Positions 40,774 to 51,120 are shown, counted from the stretch's first letter. The stretch is DNA of 64,000 nucleotides from Candidatus Bathyarchaeota archaeon (GCA_963775465.1 CAVZIW010000003.1:224001-288000); one strand, 5' to 3'. Translations and numbers: made by a program. The notes: generated from the letters alone by a model not told the origin.

Positions 40774-41109
40774 TTGCCGAAAACCAAGAAAGTAGGACCG
40801 ACCAGAGGGTTTGGTCCACGTTATGGTTCTACAGTACGGAAACGCTACATTAGAGTGATAGCTGGGCTCAAAAAACCTCACAGATGCCCTCAATGCGGTT
40901 TTGTCCGCGTAAGACGTGAAAGCGTTGGGATCTGGAAGTGCAGTAAATGCGAGTTCACCTTTGCAGGCGGAGCATACACACCAAGTACTAAACTCGGTGT
41001 GGTAGCAAAAAGAGCAGCCAAAGGTACGCGATTTGAAGAAGAAACAAGAGAAGCGGCGCCAACTGAAGTACCCGTTGTTGAATCGGCAACTGAAGAAGAA
41101 ACCGATTAA
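40774..41109 (+). CDS. rpl37ae: Ribosomal protein eL43 (L37ae) with acidic C-terminal extension
   Basis: KKVG..RYG, CPQC, GIWKCSKC, FAGGAY. Confidence 0.95.
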   Translation: MPKTKKVGPTRGFGPRYGSTVRKRYIRVIAGLKKPHRCPQCGFVRVRRESVGIWKCSKCEFTFAGGAYTPSTKLGVVAKRAAKGTRFEEETREAAPTEVPVVESATEEETD

Positions 41110-41183
41110 ATTTTCTTTTACTTTTTATTTCTTTTAGTATTTACTTATTTAACTTAACTTTCTACTACGTTCTGGGACGCTGA

Positions 41184-41441
41184 ATGTTAATCGGAGCAAA
41201 AGCCAAAATAAGATTAAAATTCACAAACCAAAAGCAAATTAATGCTGTCTTAGAAGCTTTAACACCTGAAGCGAACTCGCCTTTAAGCCATCGTGGGAAC
41301 GTCAGGTTACAAGAAGACGGATTATTTCTTGTTTTGTTATTTGAGGCGGAAGATACGGTTGCGCTTCGAGCTATATTGAACGCTTATTTACATTGGATAA
41401 ACTCTATCATCAATGTAATTCACATATTTAGCTCCTCTTAA
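41184..41441 (+). CDS. pcc1: KEOPS subunit Pcc1
   Basis: ALTPE, AEDTVALRAILNAYL; follows rpl37ae. Confidence 0.85.
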   Translation: MLIGAKAKIRLKFTNQKQINAVLEALTPEANSPLSHRGNVRLQEDGLFLVLLFEAEDTVALRAILNAYLHWINSIINVIHIFSSS

Positions 41442-41780
41442 CTGCTCAAAAAGACATATTCTTCAAAATACGCTATTTGCTTCTCTGGAATAGAATGTTG
41501 TTTGGTAACAAGCCTCAAGATCAATAATACGTCGAATCCTAAAAGACCATGCATGTATTTATAGAAATATCTGGTGGATTTGGTTTGTTACACTTTGACC
41601 ATTTGCGGCATGAGTGACATAATACTGATATCAGGAGACGATAGCAATTGATTGCTAAGGCTTCCAATCGGTGCTTTCGTTGCTTTGTAGTTGTATTTAT
41701 GTTTCTGTTGCATCTTGTTTTTTCAATGAAGGTTGCAATAATCAATGTTTTTCTTTTACGGTTGATGATTGTTTTTGGAA

Positions 41781-41797
41781 AGGAAGGTTTAAATAAA
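41781..41797 (+). promoter_or_regulatory. BRE/TATA-like promoter of rps13 operon
   Basis: AGGAAGG-TTTAAATA about 55 nt before the ATG. Confidence 0.55.
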
Positions 41798-41848
41798 TAC
41801 TGACTCATTTCGTATATGCTTCAACCTAAAAACGGATGAAAAACTTAG

Positions 41849-42328
41849 ATGTCACAGGAATATCGTTACATACTTCGTATCATGGGCGCCGACGTTCAAG
41901 GTACCCTTAAGACTTCTTACGCAGTGGCAGAAGTTAAAGGCGTCAGCGCAAGCCTTTCGAACGCAATTCTCAAGAAGGCAGGCGTTAACCCTGATCTGCG
42001 AGCAGGCTTTTTAACAGACTCAGATGTCAACAAAATAGAAGACGTTATTCGGGAACCAGCAAAATATGGAATACCAAGCTGGATGTTTAACCGCCGAAAA
42101 GACACAGAGTCTGGAAAAGATACCCATCTTATAAGCTCTGAATTACTTTTCAAAATTAAAACTGACATTGATGGAGCCAAAGCAATCAGGTCTTGGCGTG
42201 GATACCGCCATGCTTACAGCCTGAAAGTTAGAGGCCAAAGAACCAAGACAACAGGACGCGCAGGCAAATCCTTAGGCGTCAAGAAAAAGACTCTAATGCA
42301 AAAGTCCGGTTCTGAAGGAGGCAAATAA
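41849..42328 (+). CDS. rps13: Ribosomal protein uS13
   Basis: WMFNRRKD, WRGYRH, VRGQRTKTTGR. Confidence 0.97.
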   Translation: MSQEYRYILRIMGADVQGTLKTSYAVAEVKGVSASLSNAILKKAGVNPDLRAGFLTDSDVNKIEDVIREPAKYGIPSWMFNRRKDTESGKDTHLISSELLFKIKTDIDGAKAIRSWRGYRHAYSLKVRGQRTKTTGRAGKSLGVKKKTLMQKSGSEGGK

Positions 42329-42330
42329 GC

Positions 42331-42924
42331 ATGGGAGATCCAAAGAAACAACGTAAGAAATTCGATACGCCACGTTTTCGATGGCGTAAAGATATCCTCC
42401 AAGAGGAACTAAAACTTCTAGGACAATATGGTCTACGGAATAAACATGAACTCTGGCGACTAAAAACTACCCTGTCAAAGAGCAGAGGCATCGCTCGTTC
42501 ACTAATTAGCAAAACTCCTGAAGACCGCGAAAAAATGGAAAACGAACTTCTCACACGCTTAAAGAAACTTGGTATCTTACAAGAAACTGCTGTTCTGGAC
42601 AATGTTCTTGACTTAACAATCGAAGACATCTTGGAACGAAGACTACAAACCATTATTTTCCGCAAAGGTTTAGCACGTACTATATTTCAATCGCGTCAAT
42701 TAATCACTCACGGACACATAACCATTGATAACCGTAGAGTAACACTGCCTGGATTCATCGTGCCAAAAGAAGAAGAATCCAAAATCGTCTATTCACCTGA
42801 AAGCGCAATTGCAAGTCAAACACATGCATTGCGACTTGGATTAGCGGTGGTAGCTAAACAACCTGTAATCAGACCGCCTGCACGAGGAGGTCGGAGAGGC
42901 GGACGAGGAGGTCGCAGATTCTGA
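42331..42924 (+). CDS. rps4: Ribosomal protein uS4
   Basis: [34 protein letters not shown]. Confidence 0.97.
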   Translation: MGDPKKQRKKFDTPRFRWRKDILQEELKLLGQYGLRNKHELWRLKTTLSKSRGIARSLISKTPEDREKMENELLTRLKKLGILQETAVLDNVLDLTIEDILERRLQTIIFRKGLARTIFQSRQLITHGHITIDNRRVTLPGFIVPKEEESKIVYSPESAIASQTHALRLGLAVVAKQPVIRPPARGGRRGGRGGRRF

Positions 42925-43328
42925 GCACCACAAGCAGTAAACGTAGCGAGAAGTGGGGAGTTGTCCACATATTCAGCAGCTACAACAATACATTAATTCA
43001 TATTACTGATATCTCCGGCGCGGAAACAATTGCCCGCACGACCGGCGGTATGTTCGTTAAAGCCGACCGCATGGAATCTTCTCCGTATGCAGCTATGCGT
43101 GCGGCAACTGGTGCCGCTGAGATTGCAAGAGATAAAGGTATAACTGCCATTCACATCAAAGTTCGCGCTCCAGGCGGCAGCGGACCAAGAACACCTGGAC
43201 CCGGTGCACAAGCAGCCATTCGAGCGTTAGCAAGGTTTGGTTTCCGCATTGAACGTATTGAAGAAGTCACACCAGTTCCACATGATGGGACAAGAAGGCC
43301 TGGCGGTAGAAGAGGACGAAGAGTTTAA
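42921..43328 (+). CDS. rps11: Ribosomal protein uS11, apparent CTG start
   Basis: [14 protein letters not shown] lies upstream of the first ATG (43050); [25 protein letters not shown]. Confidence 0.93.
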   Translation: MSTTSSKRSEKWGVVHIFSSYNNTLIHITDISGAETIARTTGGMFVKADRMESSPYAAMRAATGAAEIARDKGITAIHIKVRAPGGSGPRTPGPGAQAAIRALARFGFRIERIEEVTPVPHDGTRRPGGRRGRRV

Positions 43329-43420
43329 TCTATTTCTATCTCCCTTTATTGATAGAAAAATACAAATAATGCAGCGAAATATCGTATTGACCGCAAAGTC
43401 ACAAAATTAAGTTTATTGGA

Positions 43421-44248
43421 GTGTTTCAGCAAGTGAAAATTGAAGTCTTAGAAAAAAACGATAGTGCCCTTAGCATACTTGTTAAAGATGCGGATGTTAC
43501 TTTAATGAACGCTCTGCGTCGTATTGCACTTGCTGAAGTTCCATGCATGGCAATCGATGAAGTTGTAATGATAGAAAATAGTTCTATTCTGCAAGATGAA
43601 ATCATAGCTCATAGACTCGGACTTACCCCTCTAAAAACTGATTTAGATGCTTATAGTCTTCCTGAAGAATGTAAATGTCAAAGCGAATTCGGATGCTCAG
43701 AGTGTCGTGTGACATTAACTTTGGATGCTGAGGCAAAAGATGGAACAAGAACTGTTTACTCAGGTGAAGTTGTGTCTGAGAACCCAGAAGTTGTTCCAGT
43801 AAGTGACAAAATTCCGATCATAAAATTGGCTAAGAGCCAGAAGTTAAAGCTTGAAGCTTACGCAAGGCTTGGCATAGGAAAAACCCATGCAAAATGGCAG
43901 CCTGTTTCTATGTGTTCATACAAGTACTATCCCAAAATAACCACTCCCGAAGAGAAATGCGCCGATTGTCAAAAATGTGTCGAGATATGTCCCAAAAAAG
44001 TTTTTTCGTTCAAAGATGGAAAAGTCGATGTTCAGGACCTTTTGGCATGTACTCTTTGTATGGATTGTGTTGAGGCATGTCCTCAGAAGCCTTCACCTCT
44101 GACGGTCGAGTGGGTTAAAAATGCGTTTATTATGAATATTGAGTCGACTGGTGCTCTTCCTCCTGAACGTGTGCTCAAGGAAGCCACTAGACTTTTAGAC
44201 AAACAGCTAAACGAGCTTAAAGAACAAATAAAGGCTGAACAACAATGA
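43421..44248 (+). CDS. rpoD: RNA polymerase subunit D (Rpo3) with ferredoxin-like insert
   Basis: NALRR, DEIIAHRLGL, HAKWQP, two CxxCxxCxxxCP. Confidence 0.97.
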   Translation: MFQQVKIEVLEKNDSALSILVKDADVTLMNALRRIALAEVPCMAIDEVVMIENSSILQDEIIAHRLGLTPLKTDLDAYSLPEECKCQSEFGCSECRVTLTLDAEAKDGTRTVYSGEVVSENPEVVPVSDKIPIIKLAKSQKLKLEAYARLGIGKTHAKWQPVSMCSYKYYPKITTPEEKCADCQKCVEICPKKVFSFKDGKVDVQDLLACTLCMDCVEACPQKPSPLTVEWVKNAFIMNIESTGALPPERVLKEATRLLDKQLNELKEQIKAEQQ

Positions 44249-44607
44249 GAGAAACCAAAACCACAAACCCTCAACTAATCAACCTTATCAGATTGCTACG
44301 CAAGCAAAGCAGAGAGAAATCGGCACCTATATGGTATGATGTCGCGGATTACCTGGCTAAAACTCGCAGTCAACGTGTCGTCATAAACCTAAGTAACATA
44401 AACCGCAACTCAGAGAAAGCTGATGTTGTAGTTGTTCCTGGCAAGGTCTTATCCTCCGGTGTTCTTGACCACGACGTGACAATTGCTGCTTTTGAAGCAT
44501 CTGAGCAGGCAATTGCAAAGATAGAAGCTTCAAAAGCGAAATATCTCACGATAAATGAGTTACTGGAGAAAAATCCAACTGGCTCAAATGTAAAAATTAT
44601 CCGGTGA
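44245..44607 (+). CDS. rpl18e: Ribosomal protein eL18
   Basis: TNPQL, VVVPGKVL, NPTGSNVKII. Confidence 0.95.
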   Translation: MRETKTTNPQLINLIRLLRKQSREKSAPIWYDVADYLAKTRSQRVVINLSNINRNSEKADVVVVPGKVLSSGVLDHDVTIAAFEASEQAIAKIEASKAKYLTINELLEKNPTGSNVKIIR

Positions 44608-44613
44608 AAATAA

Positions 44614-45072
44614 ATGCAAACAACCACTAAACCAGCAAAATTATCAGTTACACTGGTAAATGCTGAAGCTCAAGTCGTTGGGCGGATGTGCAGTAAAATT
44701 GCCAAGCTTCTTCTCAACGGTGAAGAAGTCATTATTCTTAATGCTGAGAAAGCCATATTTTCAGGAAAAAAGAAAAGCAAAGTTGCTGAAGCTCACTTGT
44801 TCCTTGAAGTAGGTGCACCAATGCGTGGACCATTTCATTACAGGCGACCAGACCGTTATCTGCGTAAAACCGTTCGAGGTATGCTTCCATTTAAGCAACC
44901 AAAAGGCAAAAGTGCTTACAAACGCCTAAAAGTTTACATGGGTATCCCGCTAGAATTTAAAGATAAACAAATGATAACCTTCCCAGACGCTTTGTCGGCA
45001 AACCTTAAGGGTCCACGTTTTACCCTTGGGGAGTTGGCAAGTGAAATCGGTTGGAACGACAGGATGAAATAA
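44614..45072 (+). CDS. rpl13: Ribosomal protein uL13
   Basis: NAEKA, GPFHYRRP, VRGMLP, RLKVYMG. Confidence 0.96.
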   Translation: MQTTTKPAKLSVTLVNAEAQVVGRMCSKIAKLLLNGEEVIILNAEKAIFSGKKKSKVAEAHLFLEVGAPMRGPFHYRRPDRYLRKTVRGMLPFKQPKGKSAYKRLKVYMGIPLEFKDKQMITFPDALSANLKGPRFTLGELASEIGWNDRMK

Positions 45073-45074
45073 TT

Positions 45075-45485
45075 ATGCCCGGAAAGAAAGTTTTAGTTGT
45101 AAGTGGAAAACGCAAAACCGCAACTGCGCGTGCTATAATTAAGCAAGGCGTTGGAAAAGTACGTATAAACTTAACACCAGTAGAAATAATTGAACCCAGC
45201 ATTGCCCGTGCAAAAATCATGGAACCTCTCTTGCAAGCAGGCGGAGACGTTTGGATGCAACTGGATATGGATGTGAAAACTAGGGGAGGAGGCTACATGG
45301 GGCAAGCAGAAGCTGCACGAATGGCAATAGCTAACGGCTTGCTAAAATGGACGCGGAGTACTCATTTACGTACAGTCTTTAGCGAATATGACCGTACAAT
45401 GATTGCTGGAGACAGCAGAGCAAAAGAAACCAAGAAAGTAGGCGGAACAGGCGCTCGGTCTAAAAAACAGAAAAGCTACCGATAG
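45075..45485 (+). CDS. rps9: Ribosomal protein uS9
   Basis: [26 protein letters not shown]. Confidence 0.96.
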   Translation: MPGKKVLVVSGKRKTATARAIIKQGVGKVRINLTPVEIIEPSIARAKIMEPLLQAGGDVWMQLDMDVKTRGGGYMGQAEAARMAIANGLLKWTRSTHLRTVFSEYDRTMIAGDSRAKETKKVGGTGARSKKQKSYR

Positions 45486-45499
45486 GAGAAAAAAACAAA

Positions 45500-45730
45500 A
45501 TGATTATCCCCGTAAGATGCTTCACCTGCGGCAAGTTGGTTGGAGACCGATGGGACGAGTTTACTCGCCGAATCAAAACTGGTGAAAACGCTAGTGACGT
45601 GTTGGATAGCTTGGGTTTGAAACGGTACTGTTGCAGACGTATGTTGCTCTCTAACGTGGAAATCATCGACGAAGTCTTGCGCTTCTATGAAGAAGCAGAG
45701 AAACGCAAAGAAGCCCGAAGCTTTTACTAA
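45500..45730 (+). CDS. rpoN: RNA polymerase subunit N (Rpo10)
   Basis: [19 protein letters not shown]. Confidence 0.98.
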   Translation: MIIPVRCFTCGKLVGDRWDEFTRRIKTGENASDVLDSLGLKRYCCRRMLLSNVEIIDEVLRFYEEAEKRKEARSFY

Positions 45731-45955
45731 TTTTCTTTTTTAGTTCTTGTTCAAAATCCACAATAGTTTTTATTTTTTTTAGGTCGGTAAAAAGCTGTTT
45801 TTAATCTTATTGACTAAAGAATTGTGTATTCAATTGAGAAAGTGTTAGCGATAGTTCTTTTTGAACGCACTTTAAAGGGTGGTCTGAAATTTTTTCGGTT
45901 TTATTCTTTGCCTGTTAGACCATTATTTTGGTCCAAAAAAAGACACAAAGGAAGT

Positions 45956-46759
45956 TTATTGCGAGTATAGCTTCGCATATGGTCGCTTAGATAGCGGTAG
46001 TATCTTTTTGAATTTGCCTGCCAAGATTGCTGCGGGATCGCCGCCAAAATGGCAACAGTATTCTTTGACCAAGTTTTCAATCACTTGTATGTCTCGTTTG
46101 CCCACGGGCATTGTTTTTGTACCTTCGACTGGTTCAAGGATTTCGCCTCGTTCATAAATTACTCCGCCATGCATGCCTGTGCCTACGAATCGCGCCTTGC
46201 ATTTCTCGCAGCCTTCTAAGTTCAAGCCTAAGATTAGAATTACTCCGCCTGCCATGTACTCAGCTAAGAAGTCACCTGCGGTTTCTCCAATTACTATCTG
46301 CGGGATCTTTTTTTGGTACTCTTTCATGTGTATGCCGACACGGTAGCCTACATAGTCTTTTACAAAGATTTTTCCGCCCCGCATAGAGTGTCCAGTTAAG
46401 TCACCTGCATGTCCGTGAATGATGATTTCTCCATCGTTCATGGTGTTGCCACTGGCATCCTGTGCGTTCCCATGAATGACCATTTTTGGTCCACACATAA
46501 AAGCGCCTAAATCGTTGCCTGGCGTGCCGTAAACGTCGATTTGGATTTTAGTGTCAAGGTCTGTTCCCAAATATCTTTGTCCACAAACGTTATTCAATTC
46601 TATCTTCTCAAGGTCGGTGTTACATATTGCTTGTCGCATTAGACAATTAAGTTCTCTATAGTAGAGGTTTTCAGCGTCAATTTTGAGGGTTTTGTTTTCG
46701 TTAGTTACTCGGGGTTGGTATTTTGCGTCTATTTCTGCTTTTTCTTTTTGTTGCAACAT
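45956..46759 (-). CDS. gltB3: Glutamate synthase GXGXG beta-helix subunit
   Basis: GQRYLG, GTPGNDLGAFM, GDFLAEYMAGG, GTGMHGG. Confidence 0.92.
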   Translation of the reverse strand: MLQQKEKAEIDAKYQPRVTNENKTLKIDAENLYYRELNCLMRQAICNTDLEKIELNNVCGQRYLGTDLDTKIQIDVYGTPGNDLGAFMCGPKMVIHGNAQDASGNTMNDGEIIIHGHAGDLTGHSMRGGKIFVKDYVGYRVGIHMKEYQKKIPQIVIGETAGDFLAEYMAGGVILILGLNLEGCEKCKARFVGTGMHGGVIYERGEILEPVEGTKTMPVGKRDIQVIENLVKEYCCHFGGDPAAILAGKFKKILPLSKRPYAKLYSQ

Positions 46760-46761
46760 TT

Positions 46762-48273
46762 TTACGCTCCTGCCATCTTTACGCCCAATATTTTAAGTTC
46801 AGTTTTAGTTAAGCCAACGCCGCGAAGTGCGAGTCGGTTACCGCGTAAGCTTTCAATCGCGTTTATACCCATGCCCCCCATCATATCTTTGATTTCAAGG
46901 CTCCAACCATTGAGCAAGTTAACTAGTCTTTTGGATGCAATGTCGGGGTTAATGCGTTTGCTAATCCATACATCACTAGTTGCGATGCCCCATGGGCATT
47001 TGCCTGTGTAGCAACGTTGACAAACTGTGCAGCCTATCGCTATCAGTGCCGCGGTGCCAATGTATACTGCGTCAGCGCCAAGAGCTATGGCCTTGAAAAC
47101 GTCGGCTGCACTTCGGAATCCTCCCGCTGCAACTATGCCTGCTTGATTTCTTATGCCTTCTTCACGTAATCGCTGGTCTATCTGCGCTAATGCCAGTTCG
47201 ATTGGTATTCCAACATTGTCTCGGATTACTTTGGGTGCTGCGCCTGTTGCACCTCGAACACCGTCGATAGCAATTATGTCTGCTCCAGCACGAACCATGC
47301 CACTTGCTATCGCTGGTGCGTTGTGGACTGCTGCTATTTTAACGCTAATTGGTTTGGTGTAGTTGGTTGCTTCTTTGAGTGCATAGATTAGTTGTCTTAG
47401 GTCTTCTATTGAGTAGATATCGTGTTGTGGTGCAGGTGAAAGTGCATCTGTGCCTTGTGGAATCATGCGCGTTTTAGCTACATGTTCAGTAACTTTTTCG
47501 CCTGGTAAATGGCCTCCGATGCCTGGTTTTGCGCCTTGCCCTATTTTGATCTCGATGGCTGCGCCTGCATCCAGGTAATCTGAATGAACACCGAATCTGC
47601 CGGAAGCTACCTGTACAATGGTGTGATCGCCGTATTTGTAGAGGCTTTTAACTAAACCTCCTTCACCCGTATTCCAATAAGTGCCGCATTCGGTTGCTGC
47701 TCGCGCTAATGATTCATGCACGTTTAAGCTAATAGCGCCATAGGACATAGCAGAGAACATTATTGGTGTATCTAAACGAAGTTGTGGGGTGAGTTGTGTT
47801 TTGAGTACGGTTTCGCCATTTTCATATGTCAAATCAAGTTTGTCGGGTTTTGCTCCAAGGTATGTGCGGATTTCCATGGGTTCACGGAGAGGATCAATTG
47901 AGGGGTTGGTGACTTGGCTGGCGTTTAATAGTAATCTGTCCCAGTAGCTGTACTGAGGTTTGTCACAACCCATGCCTGTTAAGATGACTGCTCCACTTTC
48001 TGCTTGTCGTTTAAGGTCTCGAATGGCTTCTCCGGTCCAGTTGGCGTTATCCCGGCTTGCGTTGGGGTTTTTTCTGATGGTTATGGCGTGTGTTGGGCAG
48101 AAAGTTACGCAGCGTTGGCAATTGACGCAGTTTTCGTCTATGCTACAAATTGTGTCGGTTTCTTCATCGTATGAGTGTGTATCGTATGTACATTGGTTTG
48201 TGCATACTTTGCAGCGAATGCAGCGTTTTTCGTCGCGTTCAATTAAGTATTCCGGTTGAACGTACGTTTTCAT
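46762..48273 (-). CDS. gltB2: Glutamate synthase FMN subunit with N-terminal ferredoxin
   Basis: AMSYGA, NTGEGG, QVASGRFGV, IKIGQGAKPGIGGHLPG, HDIYSIEDL, CTVCQRCYTGKCP. Confidence 0.96.
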   Translation of the reverse strand: MKTYVQPEYLIERDEKRCIRCKVCTNQCTYDTHSYDEETDTICSIDENCVNCQRCVTFCPTHAITIRKNPNASRDNANWTGEAIRDLKRQAESGAVILTGMGCDKPQYSYWDRLLLNASQVTNPSIDPLREPMEIRTYLGAKPDKLDLTYENGETVLKTQLTPQLRLDTPIMFSAMSYGAISLNVHESLARAATECGTYWNTGEGGLVKSLYKYGDHTIVQVASGRFGVHSDYLDAGAAIEIKIGQGAKPGIGGHLPGEKVTEHVAKTRMIPQGTDALSPAPQHDIYSIEDLRQLIYALKEATNYTKPISVKIAAVHNAPAIASGMVRAGADIIAIDGVRGATGAAPKVIRDNVGIPIELALAQIDQRLREEGIRNQAGIVAAGGFRSAADVFKAIALGADAVYIGTAALIAIGCTVCQRCYTGKCPWGIATSDVWISKRINPDIASKRLVNLLNGWSLEIKDMMGGMGINAIESLRGNRLALRGVGLTKTELKILGVKMAGA

Positions 48274-49392
48274 TTACATTATGCCTCCTTGAGCGTTTGG
48301 TTTTAGTCGGCAGATTACTGGTTCTCCGCCTCTTGGTGCCCAAAACTTGTCTAGTTGAGGAGATACAAGACGCATGGGTGCTTCTTCTGAGGATAGAAAC
48401 ATAAGGTCGCCTTTTGTGCCAGCAACCATAGGTCTTAGCTTGATTCGGTCAGTTAACCCAATCATTTCGCCATGGTGAGCGATTACGATGCTGAATGGCC
48501 CGTTCATAAGTAAGCTGCCGTAAGTTTGTCGCAATGTTTTAAGTAGGTACGCTTTTTTGGGTTCCATTCTGTCAATTTCATCCCATAAGGGCGCCGCTAA
48601 GATTTGTGCAACCAAGTTGATGGGTAAATGTTGACGTCGCATCAACAAATCCACTGCATAGGCAAGCACCTCCGTATCTGTTTGCATGGTGCATTTGTAG
48701 CCATACATCTCTAGGAAACGGCGGTTTATGCCATAGGAAGACAATTCACCATTGTGCACGACAGTCCAGTCTAGGATGTTGAAAGGATGTGCTCCACCCC
48801 ACCAACCTGGTGTATTGGTTGGAAATCGACTGTGACACGACCACAAATATCCTTGATAATCTTCCAAGCAGAAGAATTCTGCAACATCTTCAGGGAAACC
48901 TACACCCTTGAAGACACCCATGTTTTTGCCGCTTGAAAATACAAATGCTTTTCCGGTTTCAGTGTTTATGCGCATGACAGCTTCGATGATGTAGTCCTCT
49001 TCAGTTTGAATCTTTGGTCGATTTTTTTTAGGTTGCACAAAGTACCGCCAAACCAATGGGGGGTCATGTACATCGGCGGGTTTTGTCTGCATTTCTTCAT
49101 CGTAGAAGATGTCAAATTTTGAAGCGAGAATTCTGTCGGTTTTTTCTTTGGCGTCTTTGCTTAGGTACATGATGTGAAAAGCGTATTGGTCTTTGAAGGC
49201 TGGGTATATACCGTACACGGCGAAGCCGCCGCCTAGTCCGTTGCCGCGGTCATGCATGTTTGCCATTGCGCGTACGGGGTCTTTGGAGCCGAAGCGTTTA
49301 CCTTCGGTGTTCATTGCTGCGAATATTCCGCAGGCTGAGAAATCTTTGTCATCTCCGAATGGGTTGATTATTTTTCTGTCATTTTGGTTCAT
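48274..49392 (-). CDS. gltB1: Glutamate synthase class II amidotransferase subunit
   Basis: ACG nucleophile, HSRFPTNT, AHPF, HNGE, DTE, DRIKLRP. Confidence 0.93.
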   Translation of the reverse strand: MNQNDRKIINPFGDDKDFSACGIFAAMNTEGKRFGSKDPVRAMANMHDRGNGLGGGFAVYGIYPAFKDQYAFHIMYLSKDAKEKTDRILASKFDIFYDEEMQTKPADVHDPPLVWRYFVQPKKNRPKIQTEEDYIIEAVMRINTETGKAFVFSSGKNMGVFKGVGFPEDVAEFFCLEDYQGYLWSCHSRFPTNTPGWWGGAHPFNILDWTVVHNGELSSYGINRRFLEMYGYKCTMQTDTEVLAYAVDLLMRRQHLPINLVAQILAAPLWDEIDRMEPKKAYLLKTLRQTYGSLLMNGPFSIVIAHHGEMIGLTDRIKLRPMVAGTKGDLMFLSSEEAPMRLVSPQLDKFWAPRGGEPVICRLKPNAQGGIM

Positions 49393-50675
49393 TATTGTAT
49401 CACACTCATTTTTCTTTGGAGACTAATAGGTAAGACTGCCCATCCAAAATCGTCTCGCAGTAGATCTTGTTTGAATTTTTTCACGTTAACTCGATTCTTC
49501 ATGAGGTTGAAAATGATTCCAGCTCGGTCTATGCTATTGACCATTGTCATGCCCACAATAACATTGTCTTTGAGAACCAGTTTCTTGTAGATGTTGTTTT
49601 CTATATCGAATTTAGTCAGCACTTCCAGCGTGTTATCATCTGGTTTTGGATTTGCGTTGCCGATTGAGACGATGGGTATGCCAAAGTATTTGAGGCTGCT
49701 CATGTTTGTGCCGCCTTCATAGGTGGTTTTTTTACCTGCCATGTTGTAGCCTGCGACTCGGCCTTCCAATACTGCTAAAGGCCACAGAGGTAAAAGTCGG
49801 TTCTGGTTGAGGATGAAATCGTATGCTTCTGCAACGTCGCCGCTGGCATAAATGTCTGCTATGTTGGTTTGCATAAAGTTGTCTACGATAATGCCTCGGT
49901 TAGTTTTAACATCCGTTCCCGCAACAAGTTCAGTTCTGGGAATAACGCCAATTGCTACTACAACTATATCGCAAGGCACCTTTTCACCGGTAGTTAATAT
50001 GACTTCTCCCACAGCATTTTCGTTGTCTGGTCTGCCGAGTATTTTCTGTACAGATTGTCCTGTTGCAAAGTTGACGCCTGCTTTTTTGATTACAGCTTCA
50101 ACCATGTCTGAAGCTTTGGAGTCGAGCAGTAAACTTAGGATTTTCTCCTGCAACTCAACAACTGTGACTTTTAAGCCGCGTTTTACTAGGGCTTCAGTTA
50201 CACTTATCCCGATTAAGCCTGCGCCGATAACCACCGCGTTCTTAGCGTGGGTGTTATCGATTTTTTCTGCTAATCGCTGTGCTTCGGACATGGTGGTGAA
50301 GGTAAAAACGCCATCTTTTTCCTGCCCTTCCATTTTTGGTACGAAAGGTTTGCCGCCCGTTGCCAGAAGAAGCTTCTCATAACTGATTTTTTCGCCATCT
50401 TCCAATGTGACAGTTTTTCCAGTAATGTCTAAACTTGTTGCTTTTTTGTTCAAGCGCGCATCCACATTGTTTTCTGTCCAGAAGTTGTCGGCTCGACACT
50501 TCATTTTCTGCATGTCTGAATTGCCGCTTACTAGGTCGCTAATCATGGGGCGACTGTAATCTGCACAGCATTCTTCCGTTATGATTGTGATGGTGCCGGT
50601 TGGGTCTACTTTTCTAATGGCCTCTATTGCACCTATGCCTGCTGCTGAAGCCCCAACAATGACGTATTTAGCCAT
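49392..50675 (-). CDS. FAD/NAD(P)H-dependent oxidoreductase
   Basis: GASAAG, LLATGG, IGAGLIG, YASGD. Confidence 0.92.
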   Translation of the reverse strand: MAKYVIVGASAAGIGAIEAIRKVDPTGTITIITEECCADYSRPMISDLVSGNSDMQKMKCRADNFWTENNVDARLNKKATSLDITGKTVTLEDGEKISYEKLLLATGGKPFVPKMEGQEKDGVFTFTTMSEAQRLAEKIDNTHAKNAVVIGAGLIGISVTEALVKRGLKVTVVELQEKILSLLLDSKASDMVEAVIKKAGVNFATGQSVQKILGRPDNENAVGEVILTTGEKVPCDIVVVAIGVIPRTELVAGTDVKTNRGIIVDNFMQTNIADIYASGDVAEAYDFILNQNRLLPLWPLAVLEGRVAGYNMAGKKTTYEGGTNMSSLKYFGIPIVSIGNANPKPDDNTLEVLTKFDIENNIYKKLVLKDNVIVGMTMVNSIDRAGIIFNLMKNRVNVKKFKQDLLRDDFGWAVLPISLQRKMSVIQ

Positions 50676-50676
50676 T

Positions 50677-51120
50677 TTAGGATTTCACCTCTTTGAAAAC
50701 CAATGCTTCGTTTGGGCAGTTGGCAACGCATGCTGGTTCCTCCAAATCCTTACAGAGATCACATTTGGTGACGACTTTGCCTTCTTTGTCCATTATTATA
50801 GCGCCGTATGGACAAACCATTATGCAAGTCCAGCACCCCATGCATTTGTCTTTATTGTGGGTAACTTGACCAGTTTTTTCGTCTTTTGTCATGGCGCCTG
50901 CTAAGCAGGCGGTTACGCATGGAGCGTCTTGGCAATGTCGGCACTGTATTGCGAAGGAGATTGGTTTGTTGACTTCGCGTCTAATTCTGCTTAAGGGTTT
51001 AGGTTTTTCGCTATTGTACGCTTTAACAATGTCTTTGGATTTTGAATGTGCAACGGTGCAGTAGACTTCGCAAAGTCCGCAGCCCATGCATGCTTCTTGT
51101 TTAGCAACTATTTTTTTCAT
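50677..51120 (-). CDS. 4Fe-4S dicluster protein (CooF/HydN-like)
   Basis: CMGCGLCEVYC, CRHCQDAPC, CMGCWTCIMVCP, KCDLC..PACVANCP. Confidence 0.92.
   Translation of the reverse strand: MKKIVAKQEACMGCGLCEVYCTVAHSKSKDIVKAYNSEKPKPLSRIRREVNKPISFAIQCRHCQDAPCVTACLAGAMTKDEKTGQVTHNKDKCMGCWTCIMVCPYGAIIMDKEGKVVTKCDLCKDLEEPACVANCPNEALVFKEVKS

Noticed and set aside
41442-41848. ORF 41539-41808 or a C/D box sRNA (TGATGA...CTGA at 41763-41803)
   Set aside because: The ORF has no recognisable features, and the box pair overlaps the rps13 TATA box with no internal C'/D' boxes. The 400-nt gap remains unexplained.
43958-44085. Ferredoxin-like insert in RpoD
   Set aside because: Known feature of many archaeal Rpo3 proteins.
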